A DNA stretch of 63,973 nucleotides, filler included, from Lenisia limosa (Eukaryota > Protista > Breviatea): NCBI GenBank assembly GCA_001655205.1. It is 12 parts of 12 records of this genome, joined end to end, with 100 filler letters (N's around TTAATTAATTAA, not from the genome) between each part and the next. Parts side by side here need not be neighbours in the genome. Positions count along the whole stretch, not along the records: positions 29,362 to 50,444 come from LPNZ01010942.1; positions 50,545 to 53,452 come from LPNZ01003912.1; 10 more parts are not named here. One strand, written 5' to 3'. The notes under the pieces are model-generated. The model did no database searches. It had not been told where the DNA came from and was given only the letters and a program-made list of their open reading frames with translations. Position numbers and translations under genes: made by a program. Below, in pieces: positions 39,101 through 50,919 of this stretch. Position 1 is the stretch's first letter, and the number at the start of each line of letters is the position of its first letter.

Positions 39101-39924
39101 GTTTCACTAGTGAATCTGCACTTACTTTAATATTAGGAGGCCCAAGAAAAACCTTGCTCCATTACGACGCCCGCCTCCATGGATAAGTCAAAAAGTCGCC
39201 CAGGCTACTCCATGGAGCAAATTCGAGATTCAGTGAGTGGGGGTTGCGTTGTTTTGTTGATTAATTCAATGTCTCACATTTATATAATGAAAGCCTTTTC
39301 ATGCATTTTTACCGGTTTAGAAGGGGCTACTAATTGCGATCAACGGTCTTGTCTACGACCTTCAGTCATTTTCAGCCACCCATCCAGGCGGGGAAGGTGG
39401 GAAGTCACTTCAGCGAGGGCGTTAACTTCTCACCTGTTAGATATTCTTGAGGCCTACAAAGGACAGGATGCAACCGCTGCGTTTGCATCTGTTGGTCACT
39501 CTCAGGTTTGTGGATTTTGGGTTTTTTTCCTTACTTTGATTGTGTAGCACGCTATAATGCTAATGGAGCGCTATTGTGTCGGTATCCTAATGTAGTCTTT
39601 TATCCGATAAGGCGATGTTTTTTTCCAATGTGATATGATGTTTTGATACGAATTGGGCTGACTTAGTACTGTATGTTAGACCTGTGGGTTGGTGCACCTT
39701 GTAATTCCTTCATTTTGTCAGTCTTGCACAATCCAGAGTCGATCAGTGAGATCAATTGGTCACGGTGCTGAATTTTTTCAAAAGTAAGTAATTAGAATAG
39801 AATTGATTACTCTGATAGTTTGGATGGTCGACCCCAGGTGGCGGCTCAATCAGTCATCCACCCAGAAACCCAAAGAGATAAACCCAAATCATCAAATCAT
39901 TGCTTGGAGGCACATGGGCATTGA
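33160..39924 (+). CDS. Signal peptide-DOMON-cytochrome b561-FAD/NAD(P)H reductase (b5 reductase type)-cytochrome b5 fusion protein
   Basis: DOMON: YTLSWALDEEWLMIEVIAEAEGYIGFGIG, CSFRRPIEAFDKYD, VSYAIGGFGEQHGCFDRG. b561: THAIFGYTTL, MFHRYGGASVMILAFVTIYFGI. FAD: VPGQHFLIR, RPYSVRS. NAD: GGGTGMVP, CGPPAM. b5: INGLVYDLQSFSATHPGG, GQDATAAFASVGHSQHAIMLMERYCVGIL. Confidence 0.8.
38388..38569 (+). repeat. 45-bp intronic minisatellite x4
   Basis: Unit atgatcaatgtttgttctattgatattggtgatgattacgttgtt, head-to-tail with no spacers. Confidence 0.95.
38591..38668. mobile_element. ~78-bp Tc1/mariner-type MITE family C (TA-CAGTGACCGGGATAAGTCTTGACC…CACTG-TA)
   Basis: Inverted-repeat hairpin with CAGTG ends and TA flanks. 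Other copies at 5368-5440, 52031-52111 and 61419-61478. Confidence 0.85.
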
Positions 39925-40153
39925 TTACATTACATTGATAAGGCCACTCTCTACCTCACAGCGATCCAAACAGACTTCTTCCCTGAAGGCCCAAAATCCG
40001 TAACAGCTGAGAATGCGTATGGATACTCTGCGAAATAAAAGTACGATTTACTATTTGATATGTTTATTGTTGGAAACATAAATGGAACTGATGCAGAACC
40101 ACAAACACCCACCTGTGGAAGACAGTGTAATAGATTTTGAAGTGTAATACGCC

Positions 40154-41560
40154 CTAAAAAGTGAACGAGTAAGAGCGTGGCATGGTAATTGTATCATATT
40201 TTGTCACCCCAGGACCCTCCAACTGCGGGTCATTTGTGCCCGTAGACTCGCCAAGGCCGACCCTGATCCCGTGACTGTCAGTCACCCTGTAGACTGCCAA
40301 AGAATACCCCGATGTTGCGCAGTCGGAAACTGTTCCAAAGTCCAAACCTGGGGAGGGTGGAGTAAAAATGGAAAATTTATGAAACAAAAACCCAAAATCA
40401 ATTCTGTTTTATGAGGGTTGAAAGAAACAAAACAGACAAAGACCAGGCCAGTTGCATCTGCAGCACCGCATCGAACCCACGGAGGTTAAACACATCCATC
40501 ACTCCAACGAACCCGCGGAGGTTAAACAAATTTTATTTGGACACAATAACAAAAATTCAACTAATCACCGTTTTGTATCCCAAAGTAGACCTGAGGGGGG
40601 AGGGGGTGCGTGGGAAGGAATGAGAATAAGACCAACGGAATTGCACATTAATTCAACTCCAACCTCCGTACTGGCCATCCCGTCTGTTAGAAACCAGGGT
40701 GCCGGCCTTGATACATCTTTGCGTCAGTGTCAGCCTGGGGTATGACCAAGAATAATCTGTACAGTTTGGGAAATAATCGCTTGGATAGCAAAAAATGCAA
40801 GGGAGGGATTGTTTTAGATTCTTAAAGTCCCACATCTGGGGAGTAAAACGCCTGTATTTTGGTGCATGCACCGTCATAAGTGTTTTCAGGAGCGAAGGCA
40901 TGTGTCTGGATGAACATTTCTGGGACCTGAGGGGTCAGGGTCAGTTTAAAACAAGCATTTGGTGAAAAAGACCATTTTGACTTCGGTCCCACCTGGTATC
41001 CATAGATGTAGTTTGTTTCGTTGGCTATTCCACCGATGACAACACTGGGTCGGAAGGGCAGGTGCCGGACTGGGACACTGAACGTGCTCGTGGCGTAGAG
41101 ACCCTCGCCAGATACAACCTGCATGAATTATCGGAGCTTCGCTGAGTATAATAACAATAATATTTTGACAATCCAGCTGCTAACCTCATTGCTTGGGTCA
41201 TACAACCAGTTGCTTGGTGGGAAGGTGTCGACAGCCTTGCCCACAACCATGTAGTTGCCATCAAGGAGCCCAACAAGGCAGAACACCTCCAATATCTGCG
41301 GTCTGTTAATGCGGCCCAAAAGCCCGATATAATGTCAAAATTAAAACATCCGATTGCTTTTTTGGATCCAATTTAAGCTCCCTTCTATCTACCATCATCT
41401 TCTTCTACCATCATCTTCTATCTGTCATATGTACATCATCTGGCAGTCAAAACCACTTACCACGCCTGTCTTGAGCTGCACTCTATACTGCCCGGATGTG
41501 GGGGCGTTATCACAGTGCCTGATTAAGGGTATCTCCTCAAGGCTTGTCACCTGAAACTAT
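40154..41560 (-). CDS. Multi-exon hypothetical protein (beta-rich, possibly extracellular), 3' part
   Basis: Minus-strand exons with ccccag acceptors: LDFGTVSDCATSGYSLAVYRVTDSHG...YSFTF*; STFSVPVRHLPFRPSVVIGGIANETNYIYGYQVGP; ILEVFCLVGLLDGNYMVVGKAVDTFPP. The 5' extent is unresolved. Confidence 0.55.
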
Positions 41561-42752
41561 TAAGTCTTACATTGTATTATATTTGGCTTTCGTAGACAAC
41601 CCTTTATGTACATAATCTTATCTGATTTATACCCACTCGTCGATAATTGAACAACGAGTAGTTCTGACCCCCCCACTCTTGAAGCCAGTGTGGTGATGTT
41701 AGTTTCTAGGTTGATACCTACAGAGTTAAGTGATTACCAAGAGGTCTGGTCCTTGATAATTGATAGCAGTGAGTTTTACCGGCAGAGAAGAAAAGAATTG
41801 CTAAAAAAACGCTATAATCTCAAAGTGGAAAAACTATTTGACTCCACAGTAAGCAGTCCCACCGTTAACAAAAACTTCAGTGGCAACGAGCTTCTCAACA
41901 ACTGTTCCACCTTGCTTTCTAAAATCCATAGTCAGATTTATTCAATTGTTCAAATCGTTTTTCAGTGCACGAAAACATCAGACCCTCCCTCCCTTACTGG
42001 ATAAAGAAAGCAGCGCTAAAGGGCACCAGGCAGAGGCCTACGAACAAAAATAGTTTCACCAGCTTCATTGTGTGTGAGTTTTTTTCGAGTGGAGCTGGAG
42101 TAGGGGTGGAAGAGGAGGCTTGGGGGACTTCGGATTATACTTCAATTATCACTGTAAAAGTTTAAATAGCATTAGTACGGTGATTATACGGGTTAAACTA
42201 ACACCATTAATAGTGCTTGCTTTGAAACTAACGGAACATAAGGTAAGAGATATATACACCCCATGCTTTGGAATATTGCGGGAGCCGTGTCTTGTGGCTT
42301 CTGAAACTCTTTTGCTTTTTTGCGCTGTCTTCTCTCTCGATCAAACTCACAGCCACCGCTTCTTCCCTCCTCAACTTGGCAATTATCACTGCGCAACATA
42401 ACTGCAATCAGTCGCAATACCAGCTTCCTACCTATAGAATATTCTTATATAACATTGTTAATATGTTAATATAATCTCAACCAAAAGCCAATCCAAGTTT
42501 TCCTTCAGTGACAACAGGTAGGCAGTCACTGCAGTGCGTTTATTCCAGCTGAAATCACATTTGGATGAGATATTGTGCGGTCGTATGTCTGATTCATGCT
42601 CTACACTCTTGCCATTACGATGAGCTTTAAGGAATATATATTGGGTGAATAATGAATTGATTACTTTTTCTTTCGCCAGTTACAACCTTTACTTTTGCTT
42701 TCGTCAGTTACAACCTTTGCTTTTCTTCTTATGTTCATAGAGCGCCAGCCGA

Positions 42753-45700
42753 ATGCTTTGGGTGACTGTTCTGTGCATTGCGTTCAGGTGATATGAATGG
42801 AGTATTTGCATCATATATGGGGGCACTCCATCACTATTCATACTTTCTTGGGGGGGGGGGGGNNNNNNNNNNNNNNNNNNNNNNNNNNNNNNNNNNNNNN
42901 NNNNNNNNNNNNNNNNNNNNNNNNNNNNNNCTTTCAAAACCAGTAAAAGTGGAAAGTCCTCGATATACTCCCAACTCCTCGTGGAATGTGAGGTATGTAA
43001 CACCAACCAGATAGCAACGTATCAGAAAAATCCCTTCAAGCACCCATTACATGGCGCTCTAATTTATTAGGCCGAGGCTGAAGCGCAGTGTCAAGGCAGT
43101 CTTGAAGTTTGAGAGTTGTCGCAATTGTTGCGTTTTTTTGAATAGTTTTCTCTTTGCATCAGATTGCTCTTTATTTTTTTCATTCCATAGGATCTTCAGA
43201 GTCAATTTGCAAAAGAACTCAGTGTGAGATTGGTAAACTTGTTGTTTTTGCTCCAAAGTATTTGAGCTTAGAGAAATAAAGAGGAATAATGATTCAGCTT
43301 TATTCCATCGCTTCGTAGAAATTGTCGTACTATGATACGATTTTTGTATCATCACCCTACACTGTAGCGAAATTTTATCAAATAATAGCACACCTTTCAT
43401 AACGTTGGTTTAGTGGGCCAATGAAGACAATCAACGTTCAGTTGAGGTATGTTTAATCCTCTTCAATCACTATATGTTCAGAATTTCGCATTCATACTTC
43501 TTTTAATATCTTGGTTTTATTTATTTTTCGGGTTGAAAACACAATGCCAAAAAGAATTTTTAAAAAACCCAATGCAATTATCAGTGTTGTTCAGTCTATT
43601 GTCTACTCTCATGATACTGTAGACGATCAAGAATGATCTGATGCACGATCTTCATGTGAGTTCTGGAATATTATATTTTTACTGTCATATGTTGGTACCT
43701 GAGATTACTAAAATCTATCATGTTTATATAACTTTTGATTGGTCGCCTCTACTATATCATATGATATTGGTTAGTCTCCTTCATGTCCTATCCACACTTT
43801 ATTTGAATACTGCTGCTGATATAATACCTTTCCAGCGATTGAAGCAAGAGTGCAACCAAGACCTAAAAGTGGGTGGCTGGGGGGGGGGGGGGNNNNNNNN
43901 NNNNNNNNNNNNNNNNNNNNNNNNNNNNNNNNNNNNNNNNNNNNNNNNNNNNNNNNNNNNNNNNNNNTCATTTTTCAGCGTCAAGGGCTGGAGTTTCGCC
44001 AAGATATTAAGGTAAAAATCTCTAATGCATGAGATAGCAATGCAATATTTGGTGCAAATAACCAATTCCGTTTTGTCACAAATATTCGCCTTACTGCCAT
44101 TTAGAGAATTCAAGAAGACCATAACCGTGAACTTAATGTAGGCTATTGAGACTGATAATTGTTAGTGTTTCTTGAGGTGTTATGTCCTCGCTTTACCATT
44201 CATATCTTTGGAATAACCATTCAGCGGCTTCAAATCAGTCATCAGAATCATGTAGAAGTTGGTGGTGATTTTCTACATGCATTAATTGTCTCACTGGGGC
44301 GGTATGGCTTATATCTCATGAACAGTGTCAAATTTGTTTGATTAATTACTATAAATAGTATATCATATCTTTCGCTTTTCTATTTTCCTTCTTCATTGTT
44401 TAGTCATTGAAAGCAAAGCACCAACAGGAAATCGAAAAGGTCTGGAGGTTGATATGAGCTGAAAACGGGAGGAATGGTATATTCTCTCTTTCTTTCCAGA
44501 CTAATTTTTGTAGGTTACAGTACATGGAGAATCTTACGAGGTTGGTCGGGTTGAACTTCATTGTTTTTCAAACTATAAGACATTAATTTGTCATTTTCGC
44601 AACATTTTACTGTTGCAGGACTTGGATCGGCACTACCGCCAAGAAGTGGAGGTTATTGGGCCTCCAGTTCACCTTGGGAGTAATACATAAAAAAATCTTC
44701 TCGGGGGTTTATTTGTTTTTTTGGAATAAAATGAGGCTCTTGCTATAAAACTTGTAATTTTGGTGGCAAATAGTGAGTCTAAACTGAACCCTTAATTATG
44801 CCAGTCTTTGTATGAGTAGCCTTGATATTGCCCACAGACATTGGCAGCGTTTGCGAACACCAATGCCCGATTTGTGCATAGAGAGCTGTTCACTCGCGAC
44901 CTTTCAATAGGGCCCCTCGTTATCTATGTCCACAATCGTCCACACTATTTGAGGGTAGGCTTCTCACAAAATATTCTTCAAAACGGAGTTCTACACTTTT
45001 TATCTGTATTGGCTTCTTTTTCATATAGTATGCATATATTAATATCTCATATGATATACTATGTGTATGTTCTGCCATATCCAGGAGTGGATATGGCGGA
45101 GTGAATTTTTTTGATTGATTATTTAAGGATGTTCAGAGGGACGAACGAGTAAAAAATGACGTTCCAAAAATTCCCATGTGTATATCATATGATATACATA
45201 TATTACACCATTTACCGTTCCCCAGCAAGTCCTTAGTAGCCTTAAGGATGTTGTGAATATCAATAAAACCGAACTGATTATATCCCATGACGGGCTTTCG
45301 GATCAGATGAACGCCCTGGTACAAACCATTGATTTTATGCCTGTTGGAGGGGAAGGGGGTACGAACTTGATTTCAGTTTAATAAACCATTGAAGATTTGG
45401 ATAATGTATCATGTTACATCTAATTGCCTACAGTACATGCAATTAGTACATCCGAGCCGTCTACACAGAGGCAAGGGACTCAAATCTCATTGGTGGTATG
45501 TGGGCTATTATCCTGTGGCTGAATTGAGAGAGGTGGTTGAAGTACATATTATCATATAGCAATATAGTATGTATTGTGATATATAATACATAATATAGTA
45601 TATCGTATAATATGATATATACAGTTATGTACATACATATACTATGTGTTCAAACAATCAAGAAAGGGTGCCCTATCTGCTATTCAGATCGGGGAACCAT

Positions 45701-47309
45701 TGTGTATAATATTCCGCTGTTTACGCCGAAAAGCTGGGATGTAAACCAATCCACTGACTATTTTCAGCACAAGTGTGATTTCAGCAAATATAGTTGGTTT
45801 CTTCGTTTATTTGCTTCGTAAATGGTCATTAACACTTCTTCAAGGTGGCTGATGTCCAAAGTGTACAATGAATTCTATGAGAGCTATGACGGCTTTATAA
45901 CGTTCATAGAGGAGGACCATGTGTTGTCTCCTGACTTCTTACTCGTTAGGGGGTGAATCAGACACTACCTCATCTTCACTCTTTTTTTATTAACCCTAAC
46001 TAATGATTTGATTGGTAGCCTGAACTCATTTTTTATTCAGGTTCAATCTGCTCTGCAAGACACCCTTCGCATGTTACCCCTCGAGAAGCGAAAGGAGTTC
46101 TGGGGTGGTGCCCTCTGGTCTTTCGAACTGTTTGGGGGGAAGAGGGTGTCATTTTCCTCGACATATTTTGTGCCTCATTGAGGGGCGTATCATGCTTTTG
46201 GTATGTCGTCAGCTCAATGATGCAATGCTTCGATCTTGTCTTTTTTTAATATCAACGATATATCTCATCATTTTATTATTTATGAAATATTGACACATTC
46301 AGTGAAGCACAGCCCGAAATTATGGAAGCGCAATGGGGATTATTCAACACTGGGTTCTTCTACAGCAAGTTGGCGCTGATCTATCCTGACATCAATTTCT
46401 AAGATAAGTTAACTCATAAATGTCATGACTTGACCAATATTATATCACTCATCCATAGGGTCTATGTCTGACTTAAGTCATGTGAATGGAGAGGGGGGGG
46501 GNNNNNNNNNNNNNNNNNNNNNNNNNNNNNNNNNNNNNNNNNNNNNNNNNNNNNNNNNNNNNNNNNNNNNNNNNNNNNNNNNNNNNNNNAGAAGTACATT
46601 CGGCTCTTCTTCGAATGTGATGATGGTGAGGGGCAATAGCATATTATTCTAAGGGTAATATGTTGAGATTGTTTTGAATTATCAAATAGTATTTGCGCTG
46701 AGATGATATCATAATTATTATGATCTGTCGTTCATACTTTGTGTTTAACAGCCTTAAACACTCACATCCTCAGGGTGGGACGTATGTGTACACTGGATGA
46801 TCCGCTGGGAACTACTACCTGGACGTTNNNNNNNNNNGACTGAACAAATCGTGGGTCTGGTTCAGTTCAGTTCATAAAATCTCGTCATAAATTTGCCACT
46901 GTTTGTTGACCCTATCTTCCTTCTACTTTCAAATGTTTGTATCATTACTCCTTTTTCACTTAACTTTAGTTTGACGAGCTACAATTCGACCAAATGGTGA
47001 GCATAAATCTCTTATGTTTCAGTCGTAGAGTACTAGCAGCATACACCATATTACGATGCGGTGCTGCAAAAGCGACTGGCCGGGGCTTTNNNNNNNNNNN
47101 NNNNNNNNNNNNNNNNNNNNNNNNNNNNNNNNNNNNNNNNNNNNNNNNNNNNNNNNNNNNNNNNNNNNNNNNNNNNNNNNNNNNNNNNNNNNNNNNNAAC
47201 CTTTGAACCGCTTTCGTTGGTAGTTGAATGGCCAAACATGGCGCTTCCTCGTGAAGAGTGCTTGACTCTTACGCCTCCACAGTTCAGCGGTGTGGGTGTG
47301 GGGCTGTAG
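42753..47309 (+). CDS. GT16/MGAT2-like Golgi GlcNAc-transferase, copy 1, with micro-exon-encoded stem
   Basis: Anchor-like MLWVTVLCIAF, then micro-exons, then VIYVHNRPHYLR, ELIISHDGLSDQMNALVQTIDFMP, KSHWW, FIEEDHVLSPDFLL and GWDVCVHW, ending LTPPQFSGVGVGL*. These match MGAT2 VHNRPEYL, SHD, HHWWW and LEEDHYLAPDF. The true start may be upstream. Confidence 0.8.
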
Positions 47310-47579
47310 CAGCGTTATTTTTTGATTTAAGGATAAATATGGTATTGTTTGTATTCTGTTCTAAATGTATTTTAGAATGATAAGGGAACAGGTATTAACT
47401 TTGGTTTTGATTCTTTGGGAAGGGGATAAAAAAAAAAAAGAAAACCTATTGACTTCTCAATAGCTAATCAAAAAACGTTTCCACGGAAAGAAAGTTATAA
47501 TGTAATAGTATGTCAAACTGTGCACCTGGCATCATTGTGGAGAAAGATGTGAAACTAGCATAATAAAATGAGGACAAGA

Positions 47580-50400
47580 TTAGTGGTGTCGGCCGTGGTG
47601 GTCGTTGACCATTTTCGGCGGTGTCAGGGTCTTGCAGTCCTCACGGGGGTGCAGTGGCTCCTCCGGCCACTGCAATACCATAGTTGACTCGTCAAATGTT
47701 CGTGAAGTGGAAATCGTCTGGAGCATGAGAGGTTCTTGTTAAAGTGAAATGTAGATGTTACCACGGGTGTATCAGAACTTTATTGAAATGAGAAATCAAT
47801 ATTATAGTTCAACGAAGTTTCGCCCCTTACCATGTTTGCGAACTTGAGATCGTCATACTAAATCGTTACGAAATACACAGAACACAAAAAGGGAACTGGA
47901 TGAAACAACAAACTGAACTGAACCAGACCCACGATTTGTTCAGTTACGTGCAGGCCAGTGCGGCCGACATTTCGCACTCTTGACAGACGAGGGTGCAGGA
48001 AACGTCCAGGTAGTAGTTCCCAGCGGATCATCCAGTGTACACATACGTCCCACCCTGAGGGTGTGAGTTCATTTTCAGCCTTCTTAGTTGTTGAATATGC
48101 TTACCATCATCACATTCGAAGAAGAGCTGAATGTTTCGTTTGATACTCTCGTACATTTCTCTGAAGAGGGGTAAAGGCAGGTTGTCATTTTTATTAAAAT
48201 GCTAAAGAGTTTAGACTACCACTGTAATACACCATCAGTAACTATGCCTTTCACAGAAAATTGAGGAAAGTGCGTACCGTCGGTAGAAAAACCCGGTGTT
48301 GTATAGGCCCCACCGCGCCTCCATAATATGCGGCTTCTGGTTCCTGCTTGGTGAGTGCCAAGTAACAAGGTTGAACAAGGACATCGACCATGGGGTAACA
48401 CCCCCACTGACAGTTCGAATGACCACAGGCAGCCCCCCCAGAAGTCCTTTTTTGTTTCAGCCGGAAACTCGTCAATTGTTTTCTCCAGCGCGGATCGGAC
48501 CTATCGCGTTAACCATATGGCGGCTGTTTGGAGGGGGTTTGATTGATTGTAAAAAGACAACCCTTTTAGAAGTACCCATATAGCATTGAAGGGACCCACG
48601 AGTAGGAAGTCAGGAGCCAACAAATGGTCCTCTTCTATGAACGTGATGTACCCGTCATAGTTCGGGTAGATTACTTCATACACCTCGCTCAGAAGCCACC
48701 TGGGGAATGAGGGAAAGTAATTAACACCCAGGAGCCCGTAATATTTCAGCACTTAGTACAAAATGAGCTAAATACAGCTAAGTGCTGAAATGTTACGGGC
48801 TCCAGAGGAAGTTGCAACCCAACACCTCACTTACCACCAGTGTTCCTTCAGTCCAAGGCCACGATAGAATCGGCTCGGATGAATGAGTTGACGATACTGT
48901 CAGGGTAAAACAAACGCCTACGATACAGACAAAAACCGATGTCAAGTCACCCACTTCTACGTCTTGTATGATTGATGTCTTTTTTGAAAAACTCAAAAGA
49001 GTCTTCCACAACCCTCTTCTTGTTTTGCTATGTCTGATTTTTAATTCTGTCACCAAATATTACAATTATGCATGTATACAATGGAATTATATGATATGTA
49101 CATACAGAGTATGATACTCTCCCTCCAACAGGCATAAAATCAATGGTTTGGGCCACATCATCCATTTCTGGAGACAAGCCGTCATGGGATATGATTAGTT
49201 CCGTTTTGTTGATACCGACGACATTGCGTAAACCGTTGAGTACACTCTAGAGGGTATAAAACAAGATTGATTGTATTGGCTGAACTATGAAAAAACAAAA
49301 CAAAGACCGTCAGTTCAAGAAAGATGAAACATGAGCAGAAAACTGTCTTACTTTGAAGTAAAGCGGACGATTGTAGACGTACAAGACAATTGGGCCTATT
49401 GATGGGTCTCTGACAAACTTCTCGCTGTTGATGAAGTGGGCTCTTCGGTTTGCGAATCTTGACAGCCCCTTAATAATAAATCAATGCTGCTCATTTGGCT
49501 GATTTTTTAAATCAAAGGATGGGCGGAGGGAATACTGAAGAAAAAGGCCGCGATGCTGAGGCACTGGAAGCTGTATCAAAAGGCTGGAGTTTCGCCAAAT
49601 ACAACAGCCTCCTCCCTACCTCAACTTCTAATAAATACAATGGCCTCCTCCCTACCGCAACTTCTAATAAATACAATGGCCTCCTCCCTACCTCAACTTC
49701 TAATAAATACTGGCTGTCAATTGTCTAGATGATCAGAACAGCATACTCAGGAGGAGACTTACCTTCGTGAGCCCTTCACACTGCTTCTCCAAATTCAACT
49801 CCACCTGTACAGTCAGGGAATTGGAAAAGGACCGTTTTTGTTCAGTAATCTAGTCAGTTTTTGTGTCTGACATTGCCTTCATCTGTACACAGCTTTCTTT
49901 GCACCTTCCTCATATGATACACTCTAACTTGAAAACCCTCCCCAACCGTTTTTGAGGAACTCTCAGATTTTTGTGATGTTTCGTGAATCTAAAGTGATAC
50001 ATTGGTAACAAGCAAAATGTCAAAAAAAAAAAAAAAAAAANNNNNNNNNNNNNNNNNNNNNNNNNNNNNNNNNNNNNNNNNNNNNNNNNNNNNNNNNNNN
50101 NNNNNNCAGCTAACATCAATAAGATTTCATTCCCACCTCCTTCACTTGCGACAGCTGATTGATGATAATGGGGATGACAACCACATTGAAGCAGAGGAGA
50201 ATGATGAAGGCATACCTACGGAATAAACAGCAAACTCAAAGAAGCGCTTAGAAGATAATAATCATTATTTCGACAATATTACCAAGCATACTGCAAGAGA
50301 CTCATAGTAAGAACTTGTCAGTTAATGGGGCTCTTAGGAACCCTGCTGTGTAAGCAGCTACACGCACTTCTTCGCTAAGGCCCACCGCGCTACCGTTGCT
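47580..50400 (-). CDS. GT16/MGAT2-like glycosyltransferase, copy 2, 5' truncated by scaffold end
   Basis: Minus-strand exons: FVRDPSIGPIVLYVYNRPLYFK; YRQLIHPSRFYRGLGLKEHWW; YDGYITFIEEDHLLAPDFLL; GWDVCVHWMIRWELLPGRFLHPRLSRVRNVGRTGLHV; ending PREDCKTLTPPKMVNDHHGRHH*. Each pairs with a copy-1 exon. Confidence 0.82.
48731..48803. mobile_element. 73-bp hairpin (ggagcccgtaatatttcagcactta…taagtgctgaaatgttacgggctcc) in an intron of GT16 copy 2
   Basis: Near-perfect 25-bp inverted repeat; only one copy in the window. Confidence 0.6.
49597..49709 (+). repeat. 36-bp tandem repeat x3
   Basis: Unit aaatacaatggcctcctccctacctcaacttctaat. Confidence 0.92.
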
Positions 50401-50919
50401 CTATTATTGTCTTCAATGTTGCAGTGAAGGGGGGGGGGGGTAAGNNNNNNNNNNNNNNNNNNNNNNNNNNNNNNNNNNNNNNNNNNNNTTAATTAATTAA
50501 NNNNNNNNNNNNNNNNNNNNNNNNNNNNNNNNNNNNNNNNNNNNAAAATGGAGTTATGAAGTAAGCAAAATCCTGAATCAACTCTGTTATTGGAGGTGGG
50601 GGACTCCATAATATGGGTGAAAACGGAAATTAGGGGTGTGAATGAGTGTAAGTGTATGAGTGTGTATTGAATGAGTGAGTATATTCATTGCCCAAGGACT
50701 TCACTCGGTTCGAAAAAGACTGGTAAAATATCGATAGTTCTCGAGGATTTATCGAGAAATTCAGTCTTTTTTCGAACCGAAGTGAAGCTCTTTACAACCT
50801 GTCCTTATTTTGCAGGTTTTGCAAACTAAAATTTTCTTGGCCCATACACACTAAATAAACCACCATAGAGAATGATTATGTGTGGAGGTATGTCTAAGTG
50901 TGAATAAGTGTGTATTGAA

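Noticed and set aside
42704-43400. Minus-strand ORFs (HSYHLNAMHR…, QQLRQLSNFK…) as part of the 40-41 kb gene
   Set aside because: The plus strand has clean AG/GT-bounded in-frame exons belonging to GT16 copy 1.
43983-49599. Short match ggctggagtttcgccaa between 43986 and 49578
   Set aside because: Same strand although the paralogues are inverted, and too short to support homology.
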